Shown: positions 9,193 to 20,539, counted from the stretch's first letter. The stretch: DNA of 64,000 bases from Pedobacter sp. UBA5917 (GCF_002432345.1 NZ_DJDT01000299.1:2454-66453); one strand, 5' to 3'. Notes: generated by a model not told the origin, from the letters alone. Translations and numbers: made by a program.

Positions 9193-10215
9193 TTAAAGGT
9201 GCAAAATTATTTCGATAGCTTGATCGATCATTTCTGCACTTAAATCCAAATGCGTAACCAAACGTACGGTGCTTGCACTGGTGGTGTTGCAATGCAATCC
9301 TTTTTCCTTTAACTGGTTTACAATTTTCTCTGCCGATCCCTTTTCCACCTCAAAAATCACAATATTGGTTTCTACCGGCATTACCGATTTTACATATTTT
9401 GCAGTGGCTAAAGCATTGGCCAAAGCCTGCGCATGGGCATGATCTTCTTTTAAACGCGTTACATGGTTATCGAGCGCATAAATACCTGCAGCTGCCAAAA
9501 ACCCTGCCTGGCGCATCCCCCCACCAAAGGCTTTCCTTATTTTACGCGCTTTGCTGATCATCTGTTTGCTACCCAAAAGCACAGAGCCAACCGGTGCCCC
9601 CAACCCTTTGGATAAACAAACCGAAATACCATCGAAATATTTACCATATTCGCCGGCCTGATCACCCGTTGCGGTTAGTGCATTAAAAATACGTGCACCA
9701 TCCAGATGCAATTTCAATCCTTTTATATTACAAAGATGATGAATTGGTGCAATCTGCGATAAGGTATAACAGCTTCCACCGCCCTTATTCACTGTATTTT
9801 CTAAAACTACCAAACTGGAATTCGGGTAGTGGATATTATCTTCATTAATTTCGGGCTCAATCAGCTCCGGAGTTAAGATACCGCGCTCGCCATGTAGCAA
9901 CCTTACCGATGCTGCCGAGTGGAAGGCGATGCCCCCGATTTCGTAACGGTAAACGTGTGCCGTTTGGTCGCAGATCACCTCATCCATGGGTTGGGTAAAA
10001 CACTTGATCGCAATCTGGTTGGTCATCGTTCCGGATGGGCAAAATAATCCGGCTTCCATATTAAAAGTTGAAGCCAGTTTTGTCTCCAGGGCATGCACCG
10101 TTTCGTCTTCACCAAAAACGTCATCCCCCACTTTTGCACTCATCATGGCATCCAGCATTCCGGCTGTTGGTTTGGTTACGGTATCACTCCTGAAATCTAA
10201 AAATCTGCTATTCAT
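9193..10215 (-). CDS. ltaE: low-specificity L-threonine aldolase
   Basis: RSDTVTKPT, GTMTNQIA and the PLP-lysine region CLSKGLGAPVGS. Start taken at MNSRFLDF (10215). Confidence 0.85.
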   Translation of the reverse strand: MNSRFLDFRSDTVTKPTAGMLDAMMSAKVGDDVFGEDETVHALETKLASTFNMEAGLFCPSGTMTNQIAIKCFTQPMDEVICDQTAHVYRYEIGGIAFHSAASVRLLHGERGILTPELIEPEINEDNIHYPNSSLVVLENTVNKGGGSCYTLSQIAPIHHLCNIKGLKLHLDGARIFNALTATGDQAGEYGKYFDGISVCLSKGLGAPVGSVLLGSKQMISKARKIRKAFGGGMRQAGFLAAAGIYALDNHVTRLKEDHAHAQALANALATAKYVKSVMPVETNIVIFEVEKGSAEKIVNQLKEKGLHCNTTSASTVRLVTHLDLSAEMIDQAIEIILHL

Positions 10216-10313
10216 TTCGCTATTGGATTGTAAAATATTCTTGATGTTAAAAAAAAAGACCAATGCCTTTTCTGGTATAATTTTAAGGTTTTTCGGCGAT
10301 TAAACGCCCTATA

Positions 10314-10333
10314 TAGTGTATTTTTTACACACT
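10314..10333. promoter_or_regulatory. candidate NrtR-family operator, site 1
   Basis: TAGTGTATTTTTTACACACT in the divergent ltaE / BadF-kinase region. AGTGT and ACACT arms, readable with a 7 nt spacer (one mismatch) or a 9 nt spacer. Confidence 0.5.
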
Positions 10334-10435
10334 TAATTTCCGACAACAACAAATTGTTAAAAAATTATTAAAAAAAAGGATACAAAATATAAGACTTTTT
10401 ATACTTTTATCGTGCTAAAACCAAAAATAAATAAA

Positions 10436-11296
10436 ATGATAGTAATTGCAGACGGCGGATCTACCAAAACAAATTGGTGCTTGATTAACGAGGCCGGCAG
10501 AAAAATTTACTTTAACACCGAAGGTTACAATCCATATTTCTCAAAAGGAGATTACATTGTGAAGTCTTTGAATGAGACTCTTCCAGACCACTTGGAAAGA
10601 GAGAAATTAACAGCGGTTTATTATTACGGTGCCGGCTGTTCTACACCTGCAAATGTTAAGATTGTTGCTGATGCGATGCAATTGATTTTTACCAATGCAA
10701 CCATTTTTGTTGGTCATGATTTACTTGCCTCTTCTAGGGCGCTTCTTGGAAACGAGCCGGGATTTGCTGCTATTTTAGGTACAGGAACCAACTCATGCCT
10801 TTATGATGGATCAGAAATCACCATGAACATCGATTCTTTGGGTTATTTCCTGGGTGATGAAGGTAGCGGTTCGTACATCGGTAAACGTATTTTAAGCGAT
10901 TACATGAAAGGTTATATGCCAAAAGGTTTACGTGAAGCTTTTTACGATAACTACGCTTTAACCAACGAAGATATTTTCGATAACATTTACAACAAGCCAT
11001 TGCCAAACCGTTTCTGCGCAAGCTTTAGTAAATTCTTATACGATTTTAAAGATAGCTACGAGGACTATACTTTTGCAACCATCGATTATGCTTTCACTGC
11101 ATTTTTCGAAGCTTTGGTAATCCACTATCCTAACTATAAAGACCACAAATTGAACTGTGTAGGTTCGGTAGGTTATAGTTTCCGCGATATTTTAAGTATT
11201 GTTGCCGACCGTTACGAAATGGGCGTGGGTAAGATTATCCGCTCACCTATAGATGACCTGGTTCACTATCACTTAGAGTTAGCGCCTAAAGTTTAG
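10436..11296 (+). CDS. BadF/BadG/BcrA/BcrD-type ATPase (N-acetylglucosamine-kinase-like sugar kinase)
   Basis: MIVIADGGSTKTNWCL N-terminal phosphate-1 motif and GTGTNS, DEGSGSYIG motifs. Start moved from the GTG at 10412 to the ATG at 10436. Confidence 0.75.
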   Translation: MIVIADGGSTKTNWCLINEAGRKIYFNTEGYNPYFSKGDYIVKSLNETLPDHLEREKLTAVYYYGAGCSTPANVKIVADAMQLIFTNATIFVGHDLLASSRALLGNEPGFAAILGTGTNSCLYDGSEITMNIDSLGYFLGDEGSGSYIGKRILSDYMKGYMPKGLREAFYDNYALTNEDIFDNIYNKPLPNRFCASFSKFLYDFKDSYEDYTFATIDYAFTAFFEALVIHYPNYKDHKLNCVGSVGYSFRDILSIVADRYEMGVGKIIRSPIDDLVHYHLELAPKV

Positions 11297-11343
11297 TCTT
11301 TAGTCCTAAGTCTGGAGTCTTTAGTCCAGAGTCCATATACCAT

Positions 11344-11385
11344 AAAAAAATCCCGGTTTGAAATCAAACCGGGATTTTTCTTTTT
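11344..11385. terminator. bidirectional rho-independent terminator
   Basis: Stem ATCCCGGTTTGA/TCAAACCGGGAT with an A-run before and a T-run after. Lies between convergent genes. Confidence 0.8.
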
Positions 11386-11445
11386 ATGTAGATTCAATTG
11401 CTTTGGTCTTTCAGCTTTAGTCTTTGGTCTTACAAACGCTCCATG

Positions 11446-12135
11446 CTAAAACGAAATCTCCTTACCAAACAACTTCGCGTATTTACGTTTATCAAAACGG
11501 TACAAGGTGGCTGCACGGTACGATACGCCTTTCTGTTTCTCATCAAGTTCTTTTAATACTCCGAAACTAACGATCTTCTTCCTGAAATTCCGTTTATCCA
11601 GTTTTTTACCTAAAACCAGTTCGTACACATGCTGTAATTGCGTTAAGGTAAACTTCTCTGGCAGAAGTTCGAAGGCAATCGGCTGGTGTTTGATACGGCG
11701 TTTTATCTTCTCTAAACCTTTATCGTATATTTTCTGGTGATCGAAAGCCAGTTTGGGCAGATCGGTAATCGGCAACCAGTTGGCACGTTTTGCGTAGGTA
11801 CTTATCGGACGGAGTTCCTTATCACCGCCCAAACGGATCAGGGCATAATAGGCAAGCGTAATTACCCTACCCTGCGGGTGCCTGTTCGGGTCGCCGAAAG
11901 CATAATACTGCTCCATATAAATGCCGCGTAAACCGGTAAGTTCGTAAAGGATCCGCGCAGCGGATTGATCTAAACTCTCATCAGGCCCAACAATATTACC
12001 GGGCAACGCCCACCAATCTTTAAACGGTTCTTCATTCCTTTCGATAAGCAGGATTTTTAGCTCCTTACCATCAAATCCAAACAAAACGCAATCTATCGAG
12101 AATACAGAATCTAAATGAGGTAAAATTTGTTCCAA
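11446..12135 (-). CDS. Nudix-related transcriptional regulator (NrtR family), degenerate Nudix box
   Basis: N-terminal Nudix fold with the box GPDESLDQSAARILYELTGL. The REUxEE glutamates are replaced (R-I-L-Y-E-L). C-terminal winged-helix block FTLTQLQHVYELVLGKKLDKRNFRKKI is typical of NrtR-family proteins. Confidence 0.75.
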   Translation of the reverse strand: MEQILPHLDSVFSIDCVLFGFDGKELKILLIERNEEPFKDWWALPGNIVGPDESLDQSAARILYELTGLRGIYMEQYYAFGDPNRHPQGRVITLAYYALIRLGGDKELRPISTYAKRANWLPITDLPKLAFDHQKIYDKGLEKIKRRIKHQPIAFELLPEKFTLTQLQHVYELVLGKKLDKRNFRKKIVSFGVLKELDEKQKGVSYRAATLYRFDKRKYAKLFGKEISF

Positions 12136-12209
12136 AGTAAAATTTAGTTATTTTAAGCAGATAAAGGTATAACTTTCAATAATAAGTAAAAAAAATAAAA
12201 TAAATTACT

Positions 12210-12230
12210 TAGTGTAAAAAATACACACTA
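12210..12230. promoter_or_regulatory. candidate NrtR-family operator, site 2 (divergent nrtR/pfkA region)
   Basis: TAGTGTAAAAAATACACACTA, 17 nt upstream of the pfkA ATG and 75 nt upstream of the regulator start. Confidence 0.55.
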
Positions 12231-12246
12231 TATTCGTATTATAAAG

Positions 12247-13233
12247 ATGGAGCCAAATATAAAAAATATAGCTGTATTAACTTCTGGAGGCGACGCCCCA
12301 GGAATGAATGCTGCAATTAGAGCTGTTGTTCGTACCGGAATTTATCACGGCATTAATATGTTCGGGGTAATGCAGGGTTACCAGGGTTTAATAACCGACA
12401 ACATAAAACCAATGGACGCCCGTTCGGTAAGTAATATTTTACACTTGGGTGGTACCATATTAAAAACTGCTCGCTGTTTAGAATTTAAAACAGACGAAGG
12501 TCAGCAGATTGCCTATAACAATTTAAAGAAAAACGATATCGACGGACTAGTGGTTATTGGTGGCGATGGAACCTTTACAGGTGCCAAACGCTTTTCTGAA
12601 ACTTTTGGTGTTAAGGTAATCGGTATACCGGGCACAATTGATAACGACTTGGTAGGATCTGATTTTACCCTGGGTTACGATACAGCCATTAATACGGTGA
12701 TCGAAGCGATCGATAAAATCAGGGATACTGCAGATGCGCACGACCGTTTGTTCTTTATTGAAGTAATGGGACGCGATTCGGGCTGTATTGCTTTAAGGAG
12801 TTCGATTGCCAGCGGTGCCGAAGCAGTATTGTTACCCGAAAAAGAAACCAGTGTAAACGAACTGATTGAAAAACTGGCCTTAGGTGCTGCAACCAAAAAA
12901 TCGTCGAGTATTGTAATTGTTGCCGAAGGGCACAAACAGGGCGGTGCTTACGATATTGCAAAAAGGGTAAAGGAAACTTTCGATCATTACGACACCAAAG
13001 TAACCATCCTTGGCCACCTGCAACGTGGCGGTAGCCCGAGCAGTTTCGACAGAATTTTGGGCAGCCGTTTAGGTTTTGCGGCAGTAAATGCGTTAATTGC
13101 AGGCGAAACGGAACAAATGGTCGGTTTAAAAGGAAATGAAATAAAATTAACCAGCATAAGAGAGGCTTTAACGGCTCACTCCTTCAAATTAGAATCTGAT
13201 TTATTGGAAATGACCGAAGTACTTTCGATATAA
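12247..13233 (+). CDS. pfkA: ATP-dependent 6-phosphofructokinase
   Basis: TSGGDAPGMNAAIRAVVR, IGGDGT, PGTIDND, MGRDSG, GHLQRGG motifs. Confidence 0.95.
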   Translation: MEPNIKNIAVLTSGGDAPGMNAAIRAVVRTGIYHGINMFGVMQGYQGLITDNIKPMDARSVSNILHLGGTILKTARCLEFKTDEGQQIAYNNLKKNDIDGLVVIGGDGTFTGAKRFSETFGVKVIGIPGTIDNDLVGSDFTLGYDTAINTVIEAIDKIRDTADAHDRLFFIEVMGRDSGCIALRSSIASGAEAVLLPEKETSVNELIEKLALGAATKKSSSIVIVAEGHKQGGAYDIAKRVKETFDHYDTKVTILGHLQRGGSPSSFDRILGSRLGFAAVNALIAGETEQMVGLKGNEIKLTSIREALTAHSFKLESDLLEMTEVLSI

Positions 13234-13234
13234 T

Positions 13235-15084
<1,850 letters not shown>

Positions 15085-15085
15085 T

Positions 15086-15156
15086 AAAAAAGCGCTTAAA
15101 GCGCTTTTTTAAATGCGATAAAAGGCAACATTATTCAATTAATGTTGCCTTTTTGT
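15086..15156 (+). terminator. two tandem rho-independent terminators after gap
   Basis: AAGCGCT-taa-AGCGCTT plus T-run (15090-15111). GGCAACATTA-ttcaat-TAATGTTGCC plus T-run (15125-15156). Confidence 0.8.
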
Positions 15157-15466
15157 TTTAAACATAATTTTCATCTATAAATTATATTTTATTTTAAGCC
15201 TAAAAAATCATTTTCACACAAACACACACTTAAAAAACATCATAAAAAATAAAAAATAGTAAAAAATCATATAAAAAATTGATAAAAGTCATTTTTAAAT
15301 AGAATTTTGAGACAATTTGACTATACAACATCATAATTTGATAATATTTAACAATTATTTAACATATTTTTGAGCTATATTTGCAATACAGTCGTTTTTA
15401 AAAGCAAAATCCACGAGAAAAAGATTAGTAAATAAAAAATGACAGAAAAAAAACTTAAATTTTTCT

Positions 15467-15485
15467 TAGTGTATTTTTTACACTA
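15467..15485. promoter_or_regulatory. candidate NrtR-family operator, site 3 (perfect palindrome, orphan)
   Basis: TAGTGTATTTTTTACACTA is a perfect 7-5-7 inverted repeat. No annotated CDS lies downstream on either strand. Confidence 0.55.
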
Positions 15486-15498
15486 TCAAATTTTTTCC

Positions 15499-15506
15499 TA
15501 TATTTG
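15499..15506 (+). promoter_or_regulatory. Bacteroidota -7 promoter box TATATTTG
   Basis: Matches the TAnnTTTG consensus and starts 14 nt after site 3. A second TATATTTG box lies at 15376-15383. Confidence 0.35.
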
Positions 15507-15634
15507 TAGAGTAATAAACGGAACGATGTTTATTCACATTAAAAAAGATAAATCATTTTCTTGAAAAACTCCGGTTTAGATAGAAGATTAAAGACAAAGC
15601 CTGGCTCATAACAGGTTTATATTTGGTTAGAAAA

Positions 15635-15672
15635 AAGAGATACGTCTGGATGGAGTATCTCTTTTCTTATTT
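15635..15672. terminator. bidirectional terminator hairpin
   Basis: GAGATAC-N11-GTATCTC flanked by an A-run and a T-run. Serves the minus-strand gene ending at 15701 and could also stop a plus-strand transcript from 15506. Confidence 0.65.
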
Positions 15673-15700
15673 TAGGGGAAACGAAGTATACCGGATATAA

Positions 15701-16483
15701 CTACATCCACCAATCTTTTTTCTTTGCAGCACCTTTAGTTTTAATAATAGCAGGATTAGGAGCCATATTTTTAAGTCTTATATCAACCCAACCATTTTTC
15801 ATATACTTTTCCGAAACATTAAACTCACCAGCACCGATATCGAAATCACAATTAGAATTTGGTACGCGATAATCTCCCCAGTTACATTTTTTCGACAGCC
15901 CGTTATCATAAATTTTCCAGGCACCCACAAACGCATTATTAAAGTACCCGTCAGAATTTATATTGATGTTATCATATTTCAAGCTGTTATTTTTATCCAG
16001 GTACCATTTCGTTTTCAGGATTCCGGAAAAAACGCCAGCATATTTCTGCACTTTATCCTCAAACAATTCGTATTTGGCAATCAGTAAGCCCTGCGTTTTG
16101 GCAATACCTTTAAATTCATCGTCAACTCCAAAGTTTACACGCTTTGATTCCTTGATTTCCTGAATGGTTATCTTTCCTTTAAAACTACAGACATTCCCTT
16201 TTACGCTAGATTTTCCTTTAACCACGTACTGTGCCGGATTAACAGGATCTTTAACAATTTCCAAAAACTTAATCAAGATCCTTTGATGTTCATTCCCAAT
16301 TATCCCATAAATCAAATCATTTTCGGTATGCAACCATAAATCTGAAAAGTTATATTTTACAAACTGCTTAGTTTTATCGACAGGAATTAGCGGTTCTCCA
16401 TTCATAATATCCGTATGGCAGATCGACTGGGCATATAATTGAACAGAGCAGAGAAATAAAATGGCAAATTTTATATATTTCAT
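15701..16483 (-). CDS. secreted hypothetical protein, paralog of 8371..9147
   Basis: Signal peptide MKYIKFAILFLCSVQLYAQ. Shares KKCNWGDYRVPNSNCDFDIGAGEFNVSEKYMKNGW and NVCSFKGKITI blocks with the other copy. Confidence 0.7.
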   Translation of the reverse strand: MKYIKFAILFLCSVQLYAQSICHTDIMNGEPLIPVDKTKQFVKYNFSDLWLHTENDLIYGIIGNEHQRILIKFLEIVKDPVNPAQYVVKGKSSVKGNVCSFKGKITIQEIKESKRVNFGVDDEFKGIAKTQGLLIAKYELFEDKVQKYAGVFSGILKTKWYLDKNNSLKYDNININSDGYFNNAFVGAWKIYDNGLSKKCNWGDYRVPNSNCDFDIGAGEFNVSEKYMKNGWVDIRLKNMAPNPAIIKTKGAAKKKDWWM

Positions 16484-16499
16484 AGTTTGATATGATTTA

Positions 16500-17249
16500 T
16501 TAAGATATTTCTATTATCAATTCTTTAGTATAACCATTATATTTTTCACTGATATATCCATGTGGATTACAGATTACTTCAGTTTCAGCGATTTTATACC
16601 TTACAGGCGTATGGATATGCCCATGTATCCAATACATAGGCTTGTATTCTGCAATCATATCTTCAAGGTTTGAAGCATATGCAGAAGATATGGGATCAGC
16701 TTTACACAATGCAGGAAGCGATTTTATACTCGGTGCATGATGTGTGATGACCACATTTTTATAGCCTTTTGATTCGGCAAGACTATTTTGCAGCCAGTTT
16801 GTAGAAATCTGATGGATTTTATAGGTATCGATTGTCCTCAACTTAGAATAAGATGGATCACGCCTGATTAATTTATAATCATTCATCTTGCCCTGGCAAA
16901 TGATCCCATACTCTACCGGACTACCAAACAGGGAAAAATCGGTCCATAAAGTTGCTCCATGAAACCTGATGCCTTCAAATTCCATAAAATTATTTTCCAA
17001 TACATGAACATTTGAATCCTTAGACAGTTCTATTATTTTACGTAAGGTATTTGGGTAAGTACCTTTATAATATTCATGGTTACCTAAAACATAAATTACG
17101 GGTTTATCAGGAATATTTTCTTTGATCCACACAATACCTTTCGTACCAAGGTTAATATCGCCAGCCAGAATAACCAGATCCGCATTTTGGAAACTCAATT
17201 CCGAAATACCAAATTCGTGATGCAGATCGCTGATTACCTGTATTTTCAT
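16500..17249 (-). CDS. calcineurin-like metallophosphoesterase
   Basis: Ordered motifs SDLHHE, AGDIN, GNHEYY, THHAP, HGHIH. Confidence 0.8.
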   Translation of the reverse strand: MKIQVISDLHHEFGISELSFQNADLVILAGDINLGTKGIVWIKENIPDKPVIYVLGNHEYYKGTYPNTLRKIIELSKDSNVHVLENNFMEFEGIRFHGATLWTDFSLFGSPVEYGIICQGKMNDYKLIRRDPSYSKLRTIDTYKIHQISTNWLQNSLAESKGYKNVVITHHAPSIKSLPALCKADPISSAYASNLEDMIAEYKPMYWIHGHIHTPVRYKIAETEVICNPHGYISEKYNGYTKELIIEIS

Positions 17250-17279
17250 TTATTCTGATTTTTGCCTTTATGTTTTAAA

Positions 17280-18194
17280 TTATTTACATTCTGCATCGAT
17301 TCTTTTTTGCGCATCTGTTTCTCCAAGCGATTTCGCTTTTGTCCAATCCATGCAGGCGCCACTTTTATCGCCAAGATTAAATTTCGTATTTCCCCTGTTG
17401 TAATATGCAAGGCCATTATCAGGCTCCAACTCTATAACACGATTATAATCTATTAATGCCACGTCGTATTCACCGGCATCATCTTTATTGGTGGCTCTGA
17501 TCAACAATGCATCAGTATAATCAGGATCTATTTCTAAAGCTTTGTCATAATCTCTCCGAGCAGCTTTATAACTATAAATCATCTCTTTACAATAACCCCT
17601 GGCCTGCCAGGCTTCTTTCATTTTAGGTGATGATTTTATTGCCACCGAAAAATAGATGATCGCTTTACCAAAGTTTCTTTTGTTAATTTCGTTAAGACCT
17701 TCATTATAAAAATCAACAGGAACTTCGGGGTCGGCTTCGAGATAACTTAAACTGCCTGGATCCGATAATGCACCATAACCATCCAACCTACAATCAAACT
17801 CATAACCTTTACAATATAAATCGATCACCCAAAACATTAAATCCTCTTCGGTGTAGGGCAAGGCGGTGGCTGTACCCGTTAAAATCCAGTGATCATCATC
17901 CTGAACGGGTTTTTCGAATTTAAAATCATAATTCTCCTGCAAAAAAGTACTTAATGTATCCAGCTTTTGCGAGCTGTCTGAAATAAAGTCTATATCAAAC
18001 TTTGCTAGGGCGTAATCTTTAAAACCATCCTTCAGCATTCTTTTATAAACATTAGTGGCAACATACTTTTCTTCAGAATAACCACTATTAAACTCTTTTT
18101 TGGTAAAAAATCTACTATCCATTCCTTTATCTGATTGACTATAAACTGTTAATGATAAAAATAACAACAATAACCATATACCTATTTTTTTCAT
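17280..18194 (-). CDS. secreted protein with C-terminal TPR repeats
   Basis: Signal peptide MKKIGIWLLLLFLSLTVYSQ. C-terminal repeats A...Y..A(L/I)E(I/L)(D/E)P(D/N) occur three times. Confidence 0.7.
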   Translation of the reverse strand: MKKIGIWLLLLFLSLTVYSQSDKGMDSRFFTKKEFNSGYSEEKYVATNVYKRMLKDGFKDYALAKFDIDFISDSSQKLDTLSTFLQENYDFKFEKPVQDDDHWILTGTATALPYTEEDLMFWVIDLYCKGYEFDCRLDGYGALSDPGSLSYLEADPEVPVDFYNEGLNEINKRNFGKAIIYFSVAIKSSPKMKEAWQARGYCKEMIYSYKAARRDYDKALEIDPDYTDALLIRATNKDDAGEYDVALIDYNRVIELEPDNGLAYYNRGNTKFNLGDKSGACMDWTKAKSLGETDAQKRIDAECK

Positions 18195-18263
18195 TTTAAA
18201 TGATTACCTATAACCAGCAAAGAAAGCCTACTCATGTTACTTCATAATTAAACAATCGATAAT

Positions 18264-18797
18264 TCAATTAATTTTTCTGGTGATAAAATAACCCAACCCT
18301 ATTACCAAACAAAATACAACAACCGATTCGATATGTAAAGGTGACGATTGAAGAGAAACGGCCCATGATGAAAGGATAATATCTTTTCCTAAACCACTAA
18401 ATAACAATAATAGCTCATTTATTAAGTTTGCGGTTAATATTAATAGCCCAAAAGCTAAACGCCAAAATCTCGCTTTCCGGAAATAGACGAACCAAAGGCT
18501 TTGTGTGGAAAACAGATATACCAATAGAAAAAATAAAATTTCGAACAAAAACAGGCTAAAGTTGTGACCTATAAAAGCGTATGATTCATATTCACTACCT
18601 GACAACCAGCCCAGTATTAAAATTAGAGGAAACTGCAAAAAATAGGCGATTCCTACTATCCTGATCAGCCAGGTAACAGCCACATCGGCTTTGCAAATGA
18701 ATTCGTTTTTCCTAAAAAAGAAGAATCCAATACTCCAGCAAGCGTAAATTAATATGAGTTCGTGAAGGATACGGTATGGCAAAAAACTATTTAACAT
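18264..18797 (-). CDS. hypothetical polytopic membrane protein
   Basis: 177 aa with about five hydrophobic segments. No recognisable motif. Confidence 0.55.
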   Translation of the reverse strand: MLNSFLPYRILHELILIYACWSIGFFFFRKNEFICKADVAVTWLIRIVGIAYFLQFPLILILGWLSGSEYESYAFIGHNFSLFLFEILFFLLVYLFSTQSLWFVYFRKARFWRLAFGLLILTANLINELLLLFSGLGKDIILSSWAVSLQSSPLHIESVVVFCLVIGLGYFITRKIN

Positions 18798-18859
18798 TGA
18801 TGAGCATTAAAATTTAGAGTATGCAAATTACCAATTAATTACTTTTTCACCTAACCAGT

Positions 18860-19420
18860 TTATCTTCCGATTATTTTATGCCTCCAAACTGCAATTACAT
18901 TGGTATCTGCATGATGCTCTTCTGGATTATTTTCAATAAGCAGTTTTTTAATCTCATAAGCTTTTTCAAAATTATCGATCAAGCCTTTAGCATTTAAATC
19001 AGAGGGCAAAAATGATTCATCAAAACCACCACAATTGGTTAGGGCACTGATACTAAAATCCTGATCCAATAATTCATAACCAACAAACTCGTATCCATCC
19101 ACCGGAATATCGTTACATGGTTTATCTGGCTCTACAACCACAGCAAGCAAATTAAATTTACCACCTGGTATCATCCGTTTAAAAACATAATCAACCGTTG
19201 TAAACAGATCTGTTTGATAGAGATCAGAGATATGAATAAAATCCCAATCCGTTGCGTCATTGTAATCCGGCTTCACCAATACCTCATTCAACATTCCATC
19301 AAGCGAAACGAGCTCGGTTAAATGCGGTAACCTGGCCCATTGGATATAATCATTCCACAACATACCCTCCTGATTATAATACTGATCATAAGTACCGCGG
19401 GCAGTATATAAAAATGTCAT
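18860..19420 (-). CDS. hypothetical cytoplasmic protein
   Basis: Complete 186 aa ORF without a signal peptide. No family recognised. Confidence 0.5.
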   Translation of the reverse strand: MTFLYTARGTYDQYYNQEGMLWNDYIQWARLPHLTELVSLDGMLNEVLVKPDYNDATDWDFIHISDLYQTDLFTTVDYVFKRMIPGGKFNLLAVVVEPDKPCNDIPVDGYEFVGYELLDQDFSISALTNCGGFDESFLPSDLNAKGLIDNFEKAYEIKKLLIENNPEEHHADTNVIAVWRHKIIGR

Positions 19421-19470
19421 TATTTTTTGTTTTTAATCCCATCAGCAAATTAACACATCGCAAAGATGTA

Positions 19471-19575
19471 ATCATTGCCATAAAATATAATTGATACTAC
19501 AAAGAAATTACTTTTGATGCACTTACCATTAACATCAGGCTTTCATCAGGAAAACCAACATCCGTTACTTCTACA
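19471..19575 (-). pseudogene. decayed 3' fragment of a paralog of the 20540..20971 gene
   Basis: 19471-19531 aligns at the DNA level with 20540-20600, and 19537-19566 with 20681-20710 of the intact gene. It carries an internal deletion and a TAG where the intact copy has TGC (Cys). Confidence 0.6.
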
Positions 19576-19615
19576 TTAATAAAAAGCCATATTTTCATTT
19601 ACGGTATTTATTTGT

Positions 19616-20497
19616 TTACAAGTTCCCAGATTCCCAATTTTTCCAGCTGTTATTGGGCTTCTGGGTCGGTTTCCAATTCGCAGTATCCCTTGTTACAAGA
19701 ATCTTGGCAATCAATTTATAAAGCTCCTGCCCACTCGGTAATACTTTATCATCGTAATGGCTTGAGTAGTGAAATTTGTCTATTGTCATTAATTTGGGAA
19801 TATCTTTTGGGATATGCTGACGGATATCATTGTCTGTTGCACTGATCAATTCGGGGTCCGTTTCGTGCAGGTACCTTATAAAATCTGGGAAACCGATCAA
19901 TTTATTAGGATTATCATATTCTTTAACCTTAATGCCCAGCTTTTCATAGTCGAGGTAATTATTGTTAAATGGCACAATTTTATCGCGGACCTTAATTTCC
20001 TTTATATCCCTGGCAATTATTTCGAAGCTTTCTTTACCTTCCTTGTCTTCAATTCTTGCAAATTCATCGGAATCAATGAGTGTTATGTCTGCCGTATTGC
20101 TGATATAGGTTGTTTCCTCAAATTTTTCAACAGAATAATTGATGCAGTTCCCAATGTAATCGAGTTCTATCGAAGCAGCAGTTGCGCGATTTTGATAACC
20201 GCTTTTTTCAAAAACTACCGCCCAACGTTTGTCATCGGCAAATAAATGGATCCTGTTGCCTGCCGTATTGAAATAACCGTGTTCAAGATCAAGGAAAAAG
20301 TTATATTTAATATCACCATGTTTTCCTGCAGGATAATATTTATCCGGAATGTCTTTAAATGACAGATCGAGTTGTTCCAATATTTCTTTTTCTGTAAACC
20401 TTACTACGCTACTTTTTGTGGGGTCGTGTGTTATTTCCCCGAAACAAGCGCATAATAGTAGCATTGTTGCGATTAGCAATCGATCCATTCTATACAA
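19616..20497 (-). CDS. hypothetical lipoprotein
   Basis: N-terminus MDRLLIATMLLLCACFGE (lipobox-like LLCAC). 293 aa, no family recognised. Confidence 0.55.
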   Translation of the reverse strand: MYRMDRLLIATMLLLCACFGEITHDPTKSSVVRFTEKEILEQLDLSFKDIPDKYYPAGKHGDIKYNFFLDLEHGYFNTAGNRIHLFADDKRWAVVFEKSGYQNRATAASIELDYIGNCINYSVEKFEETTYISNTADITLIDSDEFARIEDKEGKESFEIIARDIKEIKVRDKIVPFNNNYLDYEKLGIKVKEYDNPNKLIGFPDFIRYLHETDPELISATDNDIRQHIPKDIPKLMTIDKFHYSSHYDDKVLPSGQELYKLIAKILVTRDTANWKPTQKPNNSWKNWESGNL

Positions 20498-20539
20498 TTA
20501 ATTAAATATGTTTTTTTTTGAATAAAAAAAATGCAAACA

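Noticed and set aside
11296-11440. Short GTCTTTAGTC-like oligo repeats flank the terminator (AGTCTTTAGTCCTAAGTCTGGAGTCTTTAGTCCAGAGTCC on one side, GGTCTTTCAGCTTTAGTCTTTGGTCTT on the other).
   Set aside because: They are real low-complexity repeats, but short and degenerate. I cannot tell a functional element from slippage-type sequence, so I did not elevate them to a finding.
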